Shown here: piece after piece, positions 39,556 to 48,770 of the stretch
Layout: each line of letters opens with the position of its first letter
Numbering within the stretch: position 1 is the stretch's first letter
Assembly (NCBI GenBank): GCA_964415885.1
Contig: CAYQCE010000006.1
Location: 18,467-82,466 of the forward strand
Origin: an uncultured Ignavibacteria bacterium
Lineage (GTDB): Bacteria > Zixibacteria > MSB-5A5 > JAABVY01 > JAHJOQ01
DNA: 64,000 bases
Direction of reading: 5' to 3'
The notes under the pieces: generated by a model
What the model was told of the DNA's origin: nothing
The model's input: only the letters and a program-made list of their open reading frames with translations
Databases searched by the model: none
Program-made: the position numbers and the translations under genes

Positions 39556-40812
39556 CTAACTCGCTGAGAATATCGATCTAAATGTTTTAGCCAGCGACAG
39601 CAGGCTTTCAGAATTGGCTATTGTCGCAACCGTGAAAAGCCCGCATCCTATTATAATGGCGGCCATCGCTATCATCTTACCAACATCCTGCCCCTTGAGA
39701 GACCCGAGCTGTTTCGGTTCGCCTGAGAGATATGCCGATGCCGCAAATAGCTCCTCACCGATTAGAGTATAGTCGCACGCGGCAACAAAGAACGGAAGCT
39801 GCGCGGGCATTGCTGTGCCGGCGATCTGTATTGCCCCGATCGAGTTACCGGTCTCCGCCATAATCAGTGACTCCGCGAAAAACGCACCCAGATAGAAACA
39901 TGTAGCGGGCTTCTCACGGACCATGATACCGTCGACTGCGGCGACATACCCGAACTGCTCGTCGGTCAGGTAATGAACCATGTCGTCAGAGTAAGCCTCC
40001 GGTCTGCCCGCAGCGACATACGCCTGCTTGACAGTCTCACGCGCGGTGGTCATAACGATCGATCGCGAGACCGGCATGTTGAGCTTTGTATCATAATTTG
40101 CTATTGTCCTTGCAATTCTGCCGAGGATTGTTATTCCAGCAACCGTCTGGACATCATCCATATCGAGAATGCCGGGAATGAAAAGAATGGGACGTCCCAT
40201 CTCGGTCGCACGTCCAATCGCTTCGTCAACCGCCTCGAGACCCGCGATCTTTCGCAGATAGAGCTTCTTGCCTTTTTGGGCAGCGAAGATGAAGAATATG
40301 ACCGAGACAGAGATTATCAGGCCAATGATGAATGTGTCGAGGTCTTTGATGCTGAACCACTGCGCGGATGATGTAACAGGGCGTGAAATCGACGATCTCG
40401 AGGATTCCCCGTCCGCAAAAGTTTCGACGTAGTAATAGTATTCCTCGCCATCGGTCGTGGTCGCATCCTCGAATTCGGTCAGTCCCCTCGAGGCTGAACC
40501 GATGACCTCGAACGGTCCGGTCGGGCTTTGGCTGCGGTAAATGACGTACGAAGTCACATTATCATCGCCTGCGCCGTCATCGGGTGACAATGTCCACGAA
40601 ACATGAATCGAACTACCCGCATCGCCCGGATTGTCCTGCACGACATCGATCCTGGCCGGCTCGGGCGGATCGGCGGGCATGGCTTCCTCGACCGCCATCG
40701 CGGTATCCACCATCGTAGTATCAGGAGTGTCTTCCTCCTGCGCGAGCACCGAAACATGCGCAAAGGCAAAAAACGCGAGTATCGCGAGTATTTTGATACC
40801 CAGACTCTTCAT
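39556..40812 (-). CDS. module copy 2, protein A: FN3/TM/cytoplasmic-domain protein
   Basis: 418 aa with signal peptide MKSLGIKILAILAFFAFAHVSVLA. It is a paralog of the other A proteins. Confidence 0.7.
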   Translation of the reverse strand: MKSLGIKILAILAFFAFAHVSVLAQEEDTPDTTMVDTAMAVEEAMPADPPEPARIDVVQDNPGDAGSSIHVSWTLSPDDGAGDDNVTSYVIYRSQSPTGPFEVIGSASRGLTEFEDATTTDGEEYYYYVETFADGESSRSSISRPVTSSAQWFSIKDLDTFIIGLIISVSVIFFIFAAQKGKKLYLRKIAGLEAVDEAIGRATEMGRPILFIPGILDMDDVQTVAGITILGRIARTIANYDTKLNMPVSRSIVMTTARETVKQAYVAAGRPEAYSDDMVHYLTDEQFGYVAAVDGIMVREKPATCFYLGAFFAESLIMAETGNSIGAIQIAGTAMPAQLPFFVAACDYTLIGEELFAASAYLSGEPKQLGSLKGQDVGKMIAMAAIIIGCGLFTVATIANSESLLSLAKTFRSIFSAS

Positions 40813-40813
40813 A

Positions 40814-41503
40814 TCAACTGAATGTCCCTATAAACCATGTGTTGACCAGAAAATCGAGCCTTCCGATCAGAAGCGACATACGGCTCATCACAGTGTATCC
40901 GAATGACGCCCCGAATGTTATCATCAGGAACCATGTACCCACCTTGGCTGCTCCGCCGAAGAAACCCCGGTGCTCCTTCGAGAAAAAGAAGTACACGAGA
41001 CCGGTAAATGTCCCCACCAGTATAAGGGCATTTCCGAATCCATGCCAGAAATCTCTTACCGGTTCCACACCTCCGGCGTCGGAAATCGGCCCGAATATCG
41101 GAACGATCGTGTTGTATATCTGGACCACGCCGTTGGATACGAGATAGTTGATGAACTGTAGTCCTGCGGTCGCGCCGACAACCAGCGCAAGCGGCCATCT
41201 CGAAATCCAACCTATCGGCGGCACGAGCCGCATGAGCATCATCAGGCCGAAGATGCCGGCGATCACGTAGAGCAGTCCGTCGGTGATCTCGCCGCGCGCG
41301 AAGAGCGCCTCGAGTGCGGGCCAGAGATTGTCCCAGAGCTTCGATACCAGATTCTGCCAGAAGAGCGACACAAACCAGTAGCCGGCCGAGAGGCCGACGA
41401 AAATAGCCTCGGAGATCTTATACCATGGATTGTCCTTGTACAGGAAAGACATGATCCCGAGCGTAAGAAATGCGGCTATCCAGACTCCGATATCGAAAGT
41501 CAT
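40814..41503 (-). CDS. module copy 1, protein D: 6-TM membrane protein
   Basis: Start taken at MTFDIGVW (41503), 1 nt after the stop of the C gene. The longer track ORF runs back into the C gene. Confidence 0.65.
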   Translation of the reverse strand: MTFDIGVWIAAFLTLGIMSFLYKDNPWYKISEAIFVGLSAGYWFVSLFWQNLVSKLWDNLWPALEALFARGEITDGLLYVIAGIFGLMMLMRLVPPIGWISRWPLALVVGATAGLQFINYLVSNGVVQIYNTIVPIFGPISDAGGVEPVRDFWHGFGNALILVGTFTGLVYFFFSKEHRGFFGGAAKVGTWFLMITFGASFGYTVMSRMSLLIGRLDFLVNTWFIGTFS

Positions 41504-41504
41504 A

Positions 41505-42368
41505 TTACTGTTCCACGTCCAGTTTGCTCTTGCCCCTGCCGGTAATGGCATAGGCGAGATTGCCAACGATAATAAAGAAGATCACTATTGCATGCGCGAA
41601 CGTCTGCGACAACATGAAAGTCGTCGCCTTCGCTGTAAACCCGGTTACTTCCTCGAATTCGGCTCCGCCTCTCATTCCGCCCAGAAGCCCCACGAGCTGT
41701 CCGGCGCCAAGGTAGGGATACGCCAGCGGCGCCTGCACGGCGGTGTTACCAGCACCGAGCACGACACCATATCGGTCGACAGCGACCTGCACCCATTCGA
41801 CAGTGCCGGGGTATCCGGCCGAGAAATTGAAAGCGAAATCTATGTTCGAATAGTTCTTAACATTGTTCAGCAGCGGGATATCCTCGTAGCGGTTACCCCG
41901 AACATCCTTGGAGAAAGCCTCACGGAAGTCCGATCCCATGCGCTGAATCACGAATTCATTCCCTGCCTGGAACCCGAGATTGACGTAATCCACGCCGTAT
42001 TCGATATCTTTGTCTTTAAGCTCCGGACTGGCGAGTGCGCGCTGGATAGATATCTCCGCCTGCTGCGGCCCCTGTGGCCAAAGTCCCATGATGATGAGTT
42101 TGAGATCATTCATGAACGCATACTTGACGGCAGCATCGGCCATCGGCTGAAGCTCAGGTGCAGACGGCGGGTCATAATCGAATGACATCAGGACCTTCGA
42201 ACCGGGTGGAAGGTTCTCGTAAGCCTCAAAGAGACCTGCGGTTTCGGGTGATATGAGAAGCTCGTATTCAACGGCCATGAACGGCAGCATGGGCAAGAGG
42301 AGAGAGATGCCGACGAAGAGGAATATCCATCGTCGGTCGATGGCAAGCATTTTATCCCAGAATCCCAT
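41505..42368 (-). CDS. module copy 1, protein C: bitopic periplasmic-domain protein
   Basis: 287 aa. Its start overlaps the B stop by 1 nt (TGATG). Confidence 0.7.
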   Translation of the reverse strand: MGFWDKMLAIDRRWIFLFVGISLLLPMLPFMAVEYELLISPETAGLFEAYENLPPGSKVLMSFDYDPPSAPELQPMADAAVKYAFMNDLKLIIMGLWPQGPQQAEISIQRALASPELKDKDIEYGVDYVNLGFQAGNEFVIQRMGSDFREAFSKDVRGNRYEDIPLLNNVKNYSNIDFAFNFSAGYPGTVEWVQVAVDRYGVVLGAGNTAVQAPLAYPYLGAGQLVGLLGGMRGGAEFEEVTGFTAKATTFMLSQTFAHAIVIFFIIVGNLAYAITGRGKSKLDVEQ

Positions 42369-43021
42369 CAGTCGCCTCCCCCGAGGTAGGACCTCTCTAT
42401 TCCGAGAATTATCCGCAGTGCAGTCGAAACAGTTCCGAGTGCAATACCGATCATAATAGCTCGCTGGCCGGCGAGATTAGGATAGTTCATTATAAAAGAG
42501 GATATCTCGGACAACGGCTGGAAATCCTGCACCCATGGTCCGAAAATAATGTCATCGAACAGCACTCGTCCCATCATGACAAGAAATCCTGCCACCAGAA
42601 GCAGCGTTGCCTGCACATTTCTCGCCCTGAAGGCTCGATATGATGCTGATGCCACGAAGAACGCGAGGATCGCGAACATTGTGGCAGACAGCGGTGTGTA
42701 GATATTCACATACAACCAATCGAACGCGGTGCCCGGTGTCTGGAATCCGCGGCCTCCCGCGAATCCGGCAATTGCCATCGCAAGCCAGGAAATGATGATT
42801 ATTATCGAGTACGGCCAGTCTTTTTGCTGACGCTGCACTTTGATGATCGACAGTTTCAGGAGATTGAGCGCGCCGAGCCATATTGCGCACGCAGCAATTA
42901 TGAAAAACCAGTCAGAGAATAGCTGTTCGAATTTGTCGAATGGCGAGTGCGGTATAAAATACTGCACAACGAATGCTATCCCGACAACCGCCGTTATTAT
43001 GAGTGGTATCTCTCGTCTCAT
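42368..43021 (-). CDS. module copy 1, protein B: 6-TM membrane protein
   Basis: 217 aa, a paralog of the other B proteins. Confidence 0.7.
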   Translation of the reverse strand: MRREIPLIITAVVGIAFVVQYFIPHSPFDKFEQLFSDWFFIIAACAIWLGALNLLKLSIIKVQRQQKDWPYSIIIIISWLAMAIAGFAGGRGFQTPGTAFDWLYVNIYTPLSATMFAILAFFVASASYRAFRARNVQATLLLVAGFLVMMGRVLFDDIIFGPWVQDFQPLSEISSFIMNYPNLAGQRAIMIGIALGTVSTALRIILGIERSYLGGGD

Positions 43022-43024
43022 AAC

Positions 43025-44266
43025 CTAATTCGCTGTCACTTTAAACAGACTCGCGAAGTCGTATATTCCGAGTGTTTGAATTATGACTCCGATTGCTATC
43101 ACTGCCAGAATAACTCCCTTGCCGACATCCTGCCCCTTAAGCGATCCGAGGAGTTTCGGTTCCTTCGACAGATACGCCGAAGCTGCGAAGAGTTCCTCGC
43201 CGATCAACGTGTAATCGCATGCCGCGACGAAAAACGGCAACTGTGCCGGCATGGCTGTCCCGGCTATCTGTATCGCGCCTATGGAATTTCCAGTCTCTGC
43301 GAGAATCAGAGATTCGGCATAGAACGCGCCCATGTAGAACATGGTAGCGGGCTTCTCGCGCACCACCATTCCGTCGATAGCGGCCGCATATCCAAACTGA
43401 TCGTCAGTCAAATAGTGTACCGTATCCTCGTGAAATGCATCCGGGCGTCCGGCATTCAGATACGCTTCCCTCACAATCTCTCGCGCGGTTACCATGACGA
43501 GCGAACGCGAAACCGGGACATCAAGAGCAGTGTCATACTGCGCAGCGAGCCGTGCCACGCGGCCGAGTATTGTCACTCCGGCAATTGTCTGGATATTTTC
43601 CATATCCTGAGTGCCCGGCACATAGAATATCTTCTTCCCCATCTCCGTTGCGCGTCCCACAGCCTCATCAACCGCCTCAAGTCCTGCGATCTTGCGGATA
43701 AACAGCTCCTTGCCCTTGCGAGCCTGAGAGATGTAGTAGATGATCAGAGACCCGATCACGATTGCGAAGATCAACACAATCGTACGATTTGTGTTGAACC
43801 ACTGTGCTTTGGCTTTAACCGAGCCTGACGGCTCCGAGTAGGATTTCATCTCAACCCATTCGCCGGGAGCCTGCTCAACCCTGTCAACCGTGACTATGCG
43901 ATAGACATACTCGACGCCATTTTCGGCGTAATTGTCGGTGATTCTGGTCTGACCGGATGTCGCGTTGCCCATCACTTCGTAGGTTGCATCGTCAGCGTTT
44001 ATCTCTTTTCGTTCAATATCATAACGGTCGATGACCCCGTTGGTATCATCCGGGGACAACTCCCAGTGAATCTGGATCGAGCCTCCGTGATCGTTGGGAG
44101 TATCATTAGCAGTGACGTTGGCAGCAGGGCGTGGAGCCTCGGGCAGAGACTCAAGCATCTCCGTCTCAGCAAGGGTATCCGTCACAACCCGTGTCGTATC
44201 TTCCTGCGCAAACGCGAACGCACAGGAGACAGAGAGAATCAATATCGTTACAACGGCTTTCTTCAT
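43025..44266 (-). CDS. module copy 1, protein A: FN3/TM/cytoplasmic-domain protein (first gene of 12-gene operon)
   Basis: Start taken at MKKAVVTILILSVSCAFAFA (signal peptide). The 20-codon N-terminal extension in the ORF track is a translation of the upstream terminator hairpin. Confidence 0.7.
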   Translation of the reverse strand: MKKAVVTILILSVSCAFAFAQEDTTRVVTDTLAETEMLESLPEAPRPAANVTANDTPNDHGGSIQIHWELSPDDTNGVIDRYDIERKEINADDATYEVMGNATSGQTRITDNYAENGVEYVYRIVTVDRVEQAPGEWVEMKSYSEPSGSVKAKAQWFNTNRTIVLIFAIVIGSLIIYYISQARKGKELFIRKIAGLEAVDEAVGRATEMGKKIFYVPGTQDMENIQTIAGVTILGRVARLAAQYDTALDVPVSRSLVMVTAREIVREAYLNAGRPDAFHEDTVHYLTDDQFGYAAAIDGMVVREKPATMFYMGAFYAESLILAETGNSIGAIQIAGTAMPAQLPFFVAACDYTLIGEELFAASAYLSKEPKLLGSLKGQDVGKGVILAVIAIGVIIQTLGIYDFASLFKVTAN

Positions 44267-44289
44267 AATTGTGCTGACTACTAAAGAAA

Positions 44290-44320
44290 AGAGACCGTCA
44301 ATAAAGAGCGGACGGTCTCT
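44290..44320 (-). terminator. intrinsic-terminator-like hairpin in the leader of the 12-gene operon (candidate attenuator)
   Basis: A perfect 10-bp stem AGAGACCGTC/GACGGTCTCT with an 11-nt loop is followed on the - strand by TTTTCTTT. The hairpin ends 15 nt before the ATG of the first operon gene. Confidence 0.5.
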
Positions 44321-44419
44321 GGTCAAAATCTATCAAAAGGCTAAGTATGCGAGTTCTTCTGTCGAAACAATCACGTGCAAGCCTTCTTAGCTGGATAATG
44401 TCGATTTCCAAGTTCACCT

Positions 44420-44448
44420 AATTTATTCCAGCACAAGATTCAAGTCAA
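44420..44448 (-). promoter_or_regulatory. candidate sigma70-type promoter for the 12-gene membrane-module operon
   Basis: On the - strand, TTGACT (44448-44443), a 17-nt spacer and TAAATT (44425-44420). It lies immediately downstream of the preceding gene's stop and upstream of the leader hairpin. Confidence 0.4.
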
Positions 44449-44461
44449 GCCAAAACTGGCA

Positions 44462-45589
44462 TTAAGCTTCGATCAGTTCAACGTTTGCGCGCGGAATGAT
44501 CGCCTTCTCACCGTCCTCGAATTCGACACCCAGAATACGAGCCATCGACTCCGACTCGAGCTTGTGAAGTTCCGGCTGCAGATCGGTCACCTTGCCGAGC
44601 TTGCCGAAGTACGGCTGACGGATCACGCGGATCGGCGATCCGATTCCGAGGCCGGCGGACTTCTCCTCGTCCTCGTCCGACATAACACGCTTTTCGCCCT
44701 CGAAGGGGATTACGACTTCGGGACGAATGACACCCGCACGGATCTGCGTGGCACCGTTTATACAGGCCATCATCCCTTCCTTCGACTTGAGAAGCTCAAA
44801 TGTGCGTCCGGCCATCATAATCTCGCCGAAACCCTCGGTAACCACGAGTGAAACACCGACATCCTCGTTGCCGGTGATCGCGACACCGATGTCCTGGCCG
44901 AGGAAATCACGGAGATCCTGGTCATCAAATCCACCTACGACAATGCCCTTGGCCTTGACATCGACGGCCTTGCGGATAGCATCGGCGGTAACGAGACTGC
45001 CACCGACAATCACTTTGTCCTTGCAGGAGTCATCGATCAGAGAATCGGTCAGGACCTGGCTGCTGTTGTCGACTACCATCTTGATTTCGCCGTGTGTCTC
45101 GCCACCGATTCCGAAAATACCCTGCACGAACGTGCCGACTGTCTCGACGACTACGCCCTCCGTCTCGATAACCTCCTTAACCGTGCCGTCGAGATAGGCT
45201 TTCACCTCGACAGGTATCGGATGTCCGCGGAGCAGTACCTGTCCGGTAACGTTCGAGACATTCTCCACGCTGCCGTCGATTTTGGACTTCGCCTCGGACT
45301 TGAACAGACCGAAGAAGCTCTTGGTCATGGCGATGGTCTCGCCTTTTTCGATCGGCTCGCCTTCCTTTTTGAGCATTGCATCCGGTACATCCTCCGGCGG
45401 AAGACCGAGAATGTTCGCAACATTCATCGGCTCGACGTTTCCAGGAAGGTCCGTCCGGGCAACCACTGTGTCCGGTTCCACACTGTCACCGACTTTGACG
45501 ACAACTTCGCCCTTGAGCGGGAGGATTCTCCGTTTCCGGATAACCATCTTCTCCGTGACTTTCAGGCCGGGCGTATATGCATGAGCCAT
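44462..45589 (-). CDS. conserved hypothetical protein (375 aa, Gly/Val-rich beta-type), partner of the ASKHA ATPase
   Basis: Clean ORF with no TM helices. It lies 62 nt downstream of the ASKHA-ATPase gene on the same strand. No family is recognisable from sequence. Confidence 0.5.
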   Translation of the reverse strand: MAHAYTPGLKVTEKMVIRKRRILPLKGEVVVKVGDSVEPDTVVARTDLPGNVEPMNVANILGLPPEDVPDAMLKKEGEPIEKGETIAMTKSFFGLFKSEAKSKIDGSVENVSNVTGQVLLRGHPIPVEVKAYLDGTVKEVIETEGVVVETVGTFVQGIFGIGGETHGEIKMVVDNSSQVLTDSLIDDSCKDKVIVGGSLVTADAIRKAVDVKAKGIVVGGFDDQDLRDFLGQDIGVAITGNEDVGVSLVVTEGFGEIMMAGRTFELLKSKEGMMACINGATQIRAGVIRPEVVIPFEGEKRVMSDEDEEKSAGLGIGSPIRVIRQPYFGKLGKVTDLQPELHKLESESMARILGVEFEDGEKAIIPRANVELIEA

Positions 45590-45651
45590 TAATCTAACTC
45601 CTATCTATCAACGACGAATATTCTCGGGTATCATCAAACGACTTGCGCCAT

Positions 45652-47517
45652 CTAATCAAGCTTCTTCTTCAGGGCATCAACCGGGTAGATGTCGAGCTCG
45701 GCTATCCACTCGAGTAACTTTTCAACTCTTCGGCTGTCTTCCTCAGGTGGCGTGAATGGCCTCCCGCGGCCATCGAGGATTATACCCACCACTCCACCGG
45801 AAATTGTCGTCTCGACCTGATGACCCTTTCCATTGCCGACATCATGATTCCGATCCGGCTTCAGAGCGGCCTTTGCCTTGAACGGCAGGTCGGTTTCCTT
45901 GTCGAAACCGAGCTTTATAAGCTTCATCTGACCGGGCACCAGTTCGCCCTCCTCGCTCTTGCCATCGGGAAGCTCTATCTTGTAGTGCATGAGGGGCTTA
46001 TTGCCCTTCTGCTCCCCGATAGGGGCGATGCACGTCCCGAGATGAATCAGGCAGTCCTTCTCGAACACCTCGGTCGCTGCCGCCTGATGAACCTCTGCCA
46101 GCACACCGAGCTGCGGCATCATAAAGATCGAATCGACCGCGAGCCGGGTTATACCCTCCGGCTGGAATGCGTCGATCATCATCAGAGCCGACTGCTGGCG
46201 GCGAGGAGCGTGCGATAGCACACCGCCGGAGCCGATCAACATATCGAGAGACATCATATTGACGAGTGTTTTTCCCGATGCGCTCTGGCTGAATGCGTCC
46301 GCGATAGTTCTCTGCTGCTGCACGCCCTTGAGCACGGTCGCGAAACTCTTGTGCTGCACCAGTGCAAGCCTGAGCGCCTCGCGAGCGATCGCCTGCTCGA
46401 ACACGAGCTCCTCCATCGACTGCGGGATAGTGGTCGGACGGATCATCTTGTTTTTCACGCGGTTACGCAGGTCGCGCTCATCGAGATGGAACGGCACCCA
46501 CCGCATGACATTCTTGATACCCGCTTCCTTGAACACATTCGACACCGAATAGCTCATTCCGAGGTTCGCGGACACTGTCCTGTTGAATACATCCTGGAAA
46601 ACAGAGAAGACATCGGTGGTCGCCCCGCCGATATCGACTCCGAGAGCCTCTATATCGTTTATATCTGCAATAGTCTTGATAATCGATCCCACCGCACCCG
46701 GCGTCGGCATGATCGGAGCATCTGTCCAGCTCATCAACTTGCTGTAGCCGGGAGCCTGCGCCATTACGTGCTCCATAAAGAGATCGTGGATCTTCTCACG
46801 CGCCGGCATCAGGTTTTCTCTCTCGAGCACGGGTCGGATATTGTCTACAATCTCGAGGTCGACCTTGTCGGCAAGTGTGTCGGATATCTTATCGCGGGCG
46901 TTCTTGTTACCGGCATAGATCACCGGCAATTGATAGCCGGATCCGAGGCGCGGTCTCGGGTCGGCGGCGGAGATCAACTCTGCGAGTTCCACGACGTGAG
47001 TCGTCGTGCCACCGTCAATACCTCCGGACAGGAGTATCATGTCGGGGCGAAGATGACGGATACGTTCAATCTGCTCGTGAGGCTGGCGCTTGTCGTTGGA
47101 CGCTATAACATCCATCACTATCGACCCGGCACCCAACGCGGCGCGCTCAGCGGATTCCGCGGTCATCGTACGAACCACGCCCGCAACCATCATCTGAAGG
47201 CCACCGCCTGCGGATGATGTCGAGAAGTAGGCATCAGTTCCCACCCGGCTGCCGTTCTTGTCCGCTCTCGGGGAGATAATGCGGTTTTCCTCATCGAGCA
47301 GCTTTCGTCCGGACAGCTCCTCGATTTCCTGTACGGCATTGAGCACTCCCATAGTGACATCCTCGAAGGGAGCCTCCACAGTCGTCGGCGCTTCACCGCG
47401 TGAGATAAGCCGGTATTCACCCTCACGCTTTTCGATCAGGATCGCCTTGGTGGTGGTCGATCCACAATCCGTCGCGAGAATGACTTCAATATCTTCAGGT
47501 TTAAGATTCTTGGCCAT
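45652..47517 (-). CDS. ASKHA-fold (actin/Hsp70/sugar-kinase-like) ATPase resembling GlmL(MutL)/EutA-type proteins
   Basis: 621 aa. The N-terminal phosphate-1 motif is ILATDCGSTTTKAILI. A second nucleotide-binding motif is GVDIGGATTDVFSVF. There is an internal SGGIDGGTTTHV segment. The pattern matches the glutamate-mutase-associated GlmL / EutA family, but no B12 mutase gene is nearby. Confidence 0.45.
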   Translation of the reverse strand: MAKNLKPEDIEVILATDCGSTTTKAILIEKREGEYRLISRGEAPTTVEAPFEDVTMGVLNAVQEIEELSGRKLLDEENRIISPRADKNGSRVGTDAYFSTSSAGGGLQMMVAGVVRTMTAESAERAALGAGSIVMDVIASNDKRQPHEQIERIRHLRPDMILLSGGIDGGTTTHVVELAELISAADPRPRLGSGYQLPVIYAGNKNARDKISDTLADKVDLEIVDNIRPVLERENLMPAREKIHDLFMEHVMAQAPGYSKLMSWTDAPIMPTPGAVGSIIKTIADINDIEALGVDIGGATTDVFSVFQDVFNRTVSANLGMSYSVSNVFKEAGIKNVMRWVPFHLDERDLRNRVKNKMIRPTTIPQSMEELVFEQAIAREALRLALVQHKSFATVLKGVQQQRTIADAFSQSASGKTLVNMMSLDMLIGSGGVLSHAPRRQQSALMMIDAFQPEGITRLAVDSIFMMPQLGVLAEVHQAAATEVFEKDCLIHLGTCIAPIGEQKGNKPLMHYKIELPDGKSEEGELVPGQMKLIKLGFDKETDLPFKAKAALKPDRNHDVGNGKGHQVETTISGGVVGIILDGRGRPFTPPEEDSRRVEKLLEWIAELDIYPVDALKKKLD

Positions 47518-47801
47518 CTACCATATCCTTACTGTAATATGTAGAAACAGAATACACATTTCTCCTCCAGGACGGATGCACTCCCGTCACCTCGAACTTT
47601 TAAGGTGCACAAATTAAACAAACCTGTCCGCTTTTGTCAAGCCGTCTGAGGTCGGTGACGATTGATTCGCCCGATGCAACTCCCGATGCCGAACCATATA
47701 CGACTATCTTTTTGCTTGAAAACAGATCAAAGATTCGTACCATTCCTGTGTGGAAACTGCCCCGCGCCGGTGTCGGGGCATGGTAAGAGGGCGAATCCTA
47801 A

Positions 47802-48764
47802 ATGAGAATCCTCATTGTCGGTCCGATACCTCCGCCCTACGGCGGGATATCGGTGTATGTCTACCGCCTGGCACACAGGCTTACCCGCGAGGGACACATT
47901 GTCCGAATTGTAGACTACGGCAGGAAGTCCCGGTTCGGACGCTTGCTCGCGCTGATTAACATCCTGCTCTCACGAAAAGACTATATCCACGTCAACTGCA
48001 GCTCTACCGGCATAGCGTTGCTGTTGACCTGGTCGCGACTCTCGCGCAAAACGCAGTTCACCGCGCACGGTGAGGGAATCCGGGGGTGGAGCAGGCGTAA
48101 ACTCAAGATTATGGACAGAGTCCTGAGGCGATGTGATACCGTAATGCTTGTCGGCGACCATCTTAAGAAGCTCTATGACGATTATCTGAGCGAACCTCTG
48201 CACAATATAAAGATAAACAGCGCGTTCATACCGCCGCCGCCGGAAGATGAGGCTGGTATACTTGCTTTATACTCGGAGGCAACCAAAACCTTCGTGGACC
48301 AACACAAACCTCTGATGATCGCCAATGCGTACAGGATCGAGTTTCACGACAACACCGACTTGTACGGTATCGATATGTGCATTGATCTCGTCGAGAGGCT
48401 GAAACCGGACTACCCGAACATAGGTCTGCTATTCGCTCTGGCTGATATTGGAGACTACCAGTATTTCGACGGCATGAAGCGCAAAGTCTCCGATGCTGGT
48501 TTGAATGAGAACTTTCTCTTTCTGACCGGTCAGAAAGAGCTATGGCCCCTTTTCAAGAAAGCTGACCTGATGGTACGCCCGACATGCGTCGACGGCTTCG
48601 GGATCAGCATCGCAGAGGCGCTTCACTTCGGCTGCCCGGCTGTTGCGAGCGATGTCTGCGCACGCGCCAAAGGGACGAGAGTATTCCGAAACCGCAACTT
48701 GGATGATTTTGAAAGAAGATGTCGCATAGCGCTTGAAGAAAAGATCGAAACCACGGTCAATTGA
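47802..48764 (+). CDS. glycosyltransferase (GT4-like, short form)
   Basis: 320 aa with an N-terminal Rossmann fold (MRILIVGPIPPPYGGISVY). The C-terminal half has a GT-B EX7E-like region (FGISIAEALHFGCPAVASD). Confidence 0.5.
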   Translation: MRILIVGPIPPPYGGISVYVYRLAHRLTREGHIVRIVDYGRKSRFGRLLALINILLSRKDYIHVNCSSTGIALLLTWSRLSRKTQFTAHGEGIRGWSRRKLKIMDRVLRRCDTVMLVGDHLKKLYDDYLSEPLHNIKINSAFIPPPPEDEAGILALYSEATKTFVDQHKPLMIANAYRIEFHDNTDLYGIDMCIDLVERLKPDYPNIGLLFALADIGDYQYFDGMKRKVSDAGLNENFLFLTGQKELWPLFKKADLMVRPTCVDGFGISIAEALHFGCPAVASDVCARAKGTRVFRNRNLDDFERRCRIALEEKIETTVN

Positions 48765-48770
48765 CGCGGA

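Noticed and set aside
33797-44266. Possibility that the regular tandem structure is a CRISPR array or satellite
   Set aside because: The repeat unit is about 3.4 kb of protein-coding sequence with diverged paralogs, not short direct repeats with spacers. No CRISPR-like repeats were seen anywhere in the window.
44267-44326. N-terminal extension of the first module gene (MTRDRPLFIDGLFSLVVSTI)
   Set aside because: These codons are the translation of the leader terminator hairpin and its T-tract. The real start is the ATG at 44266, which opens a classic signal peptide.
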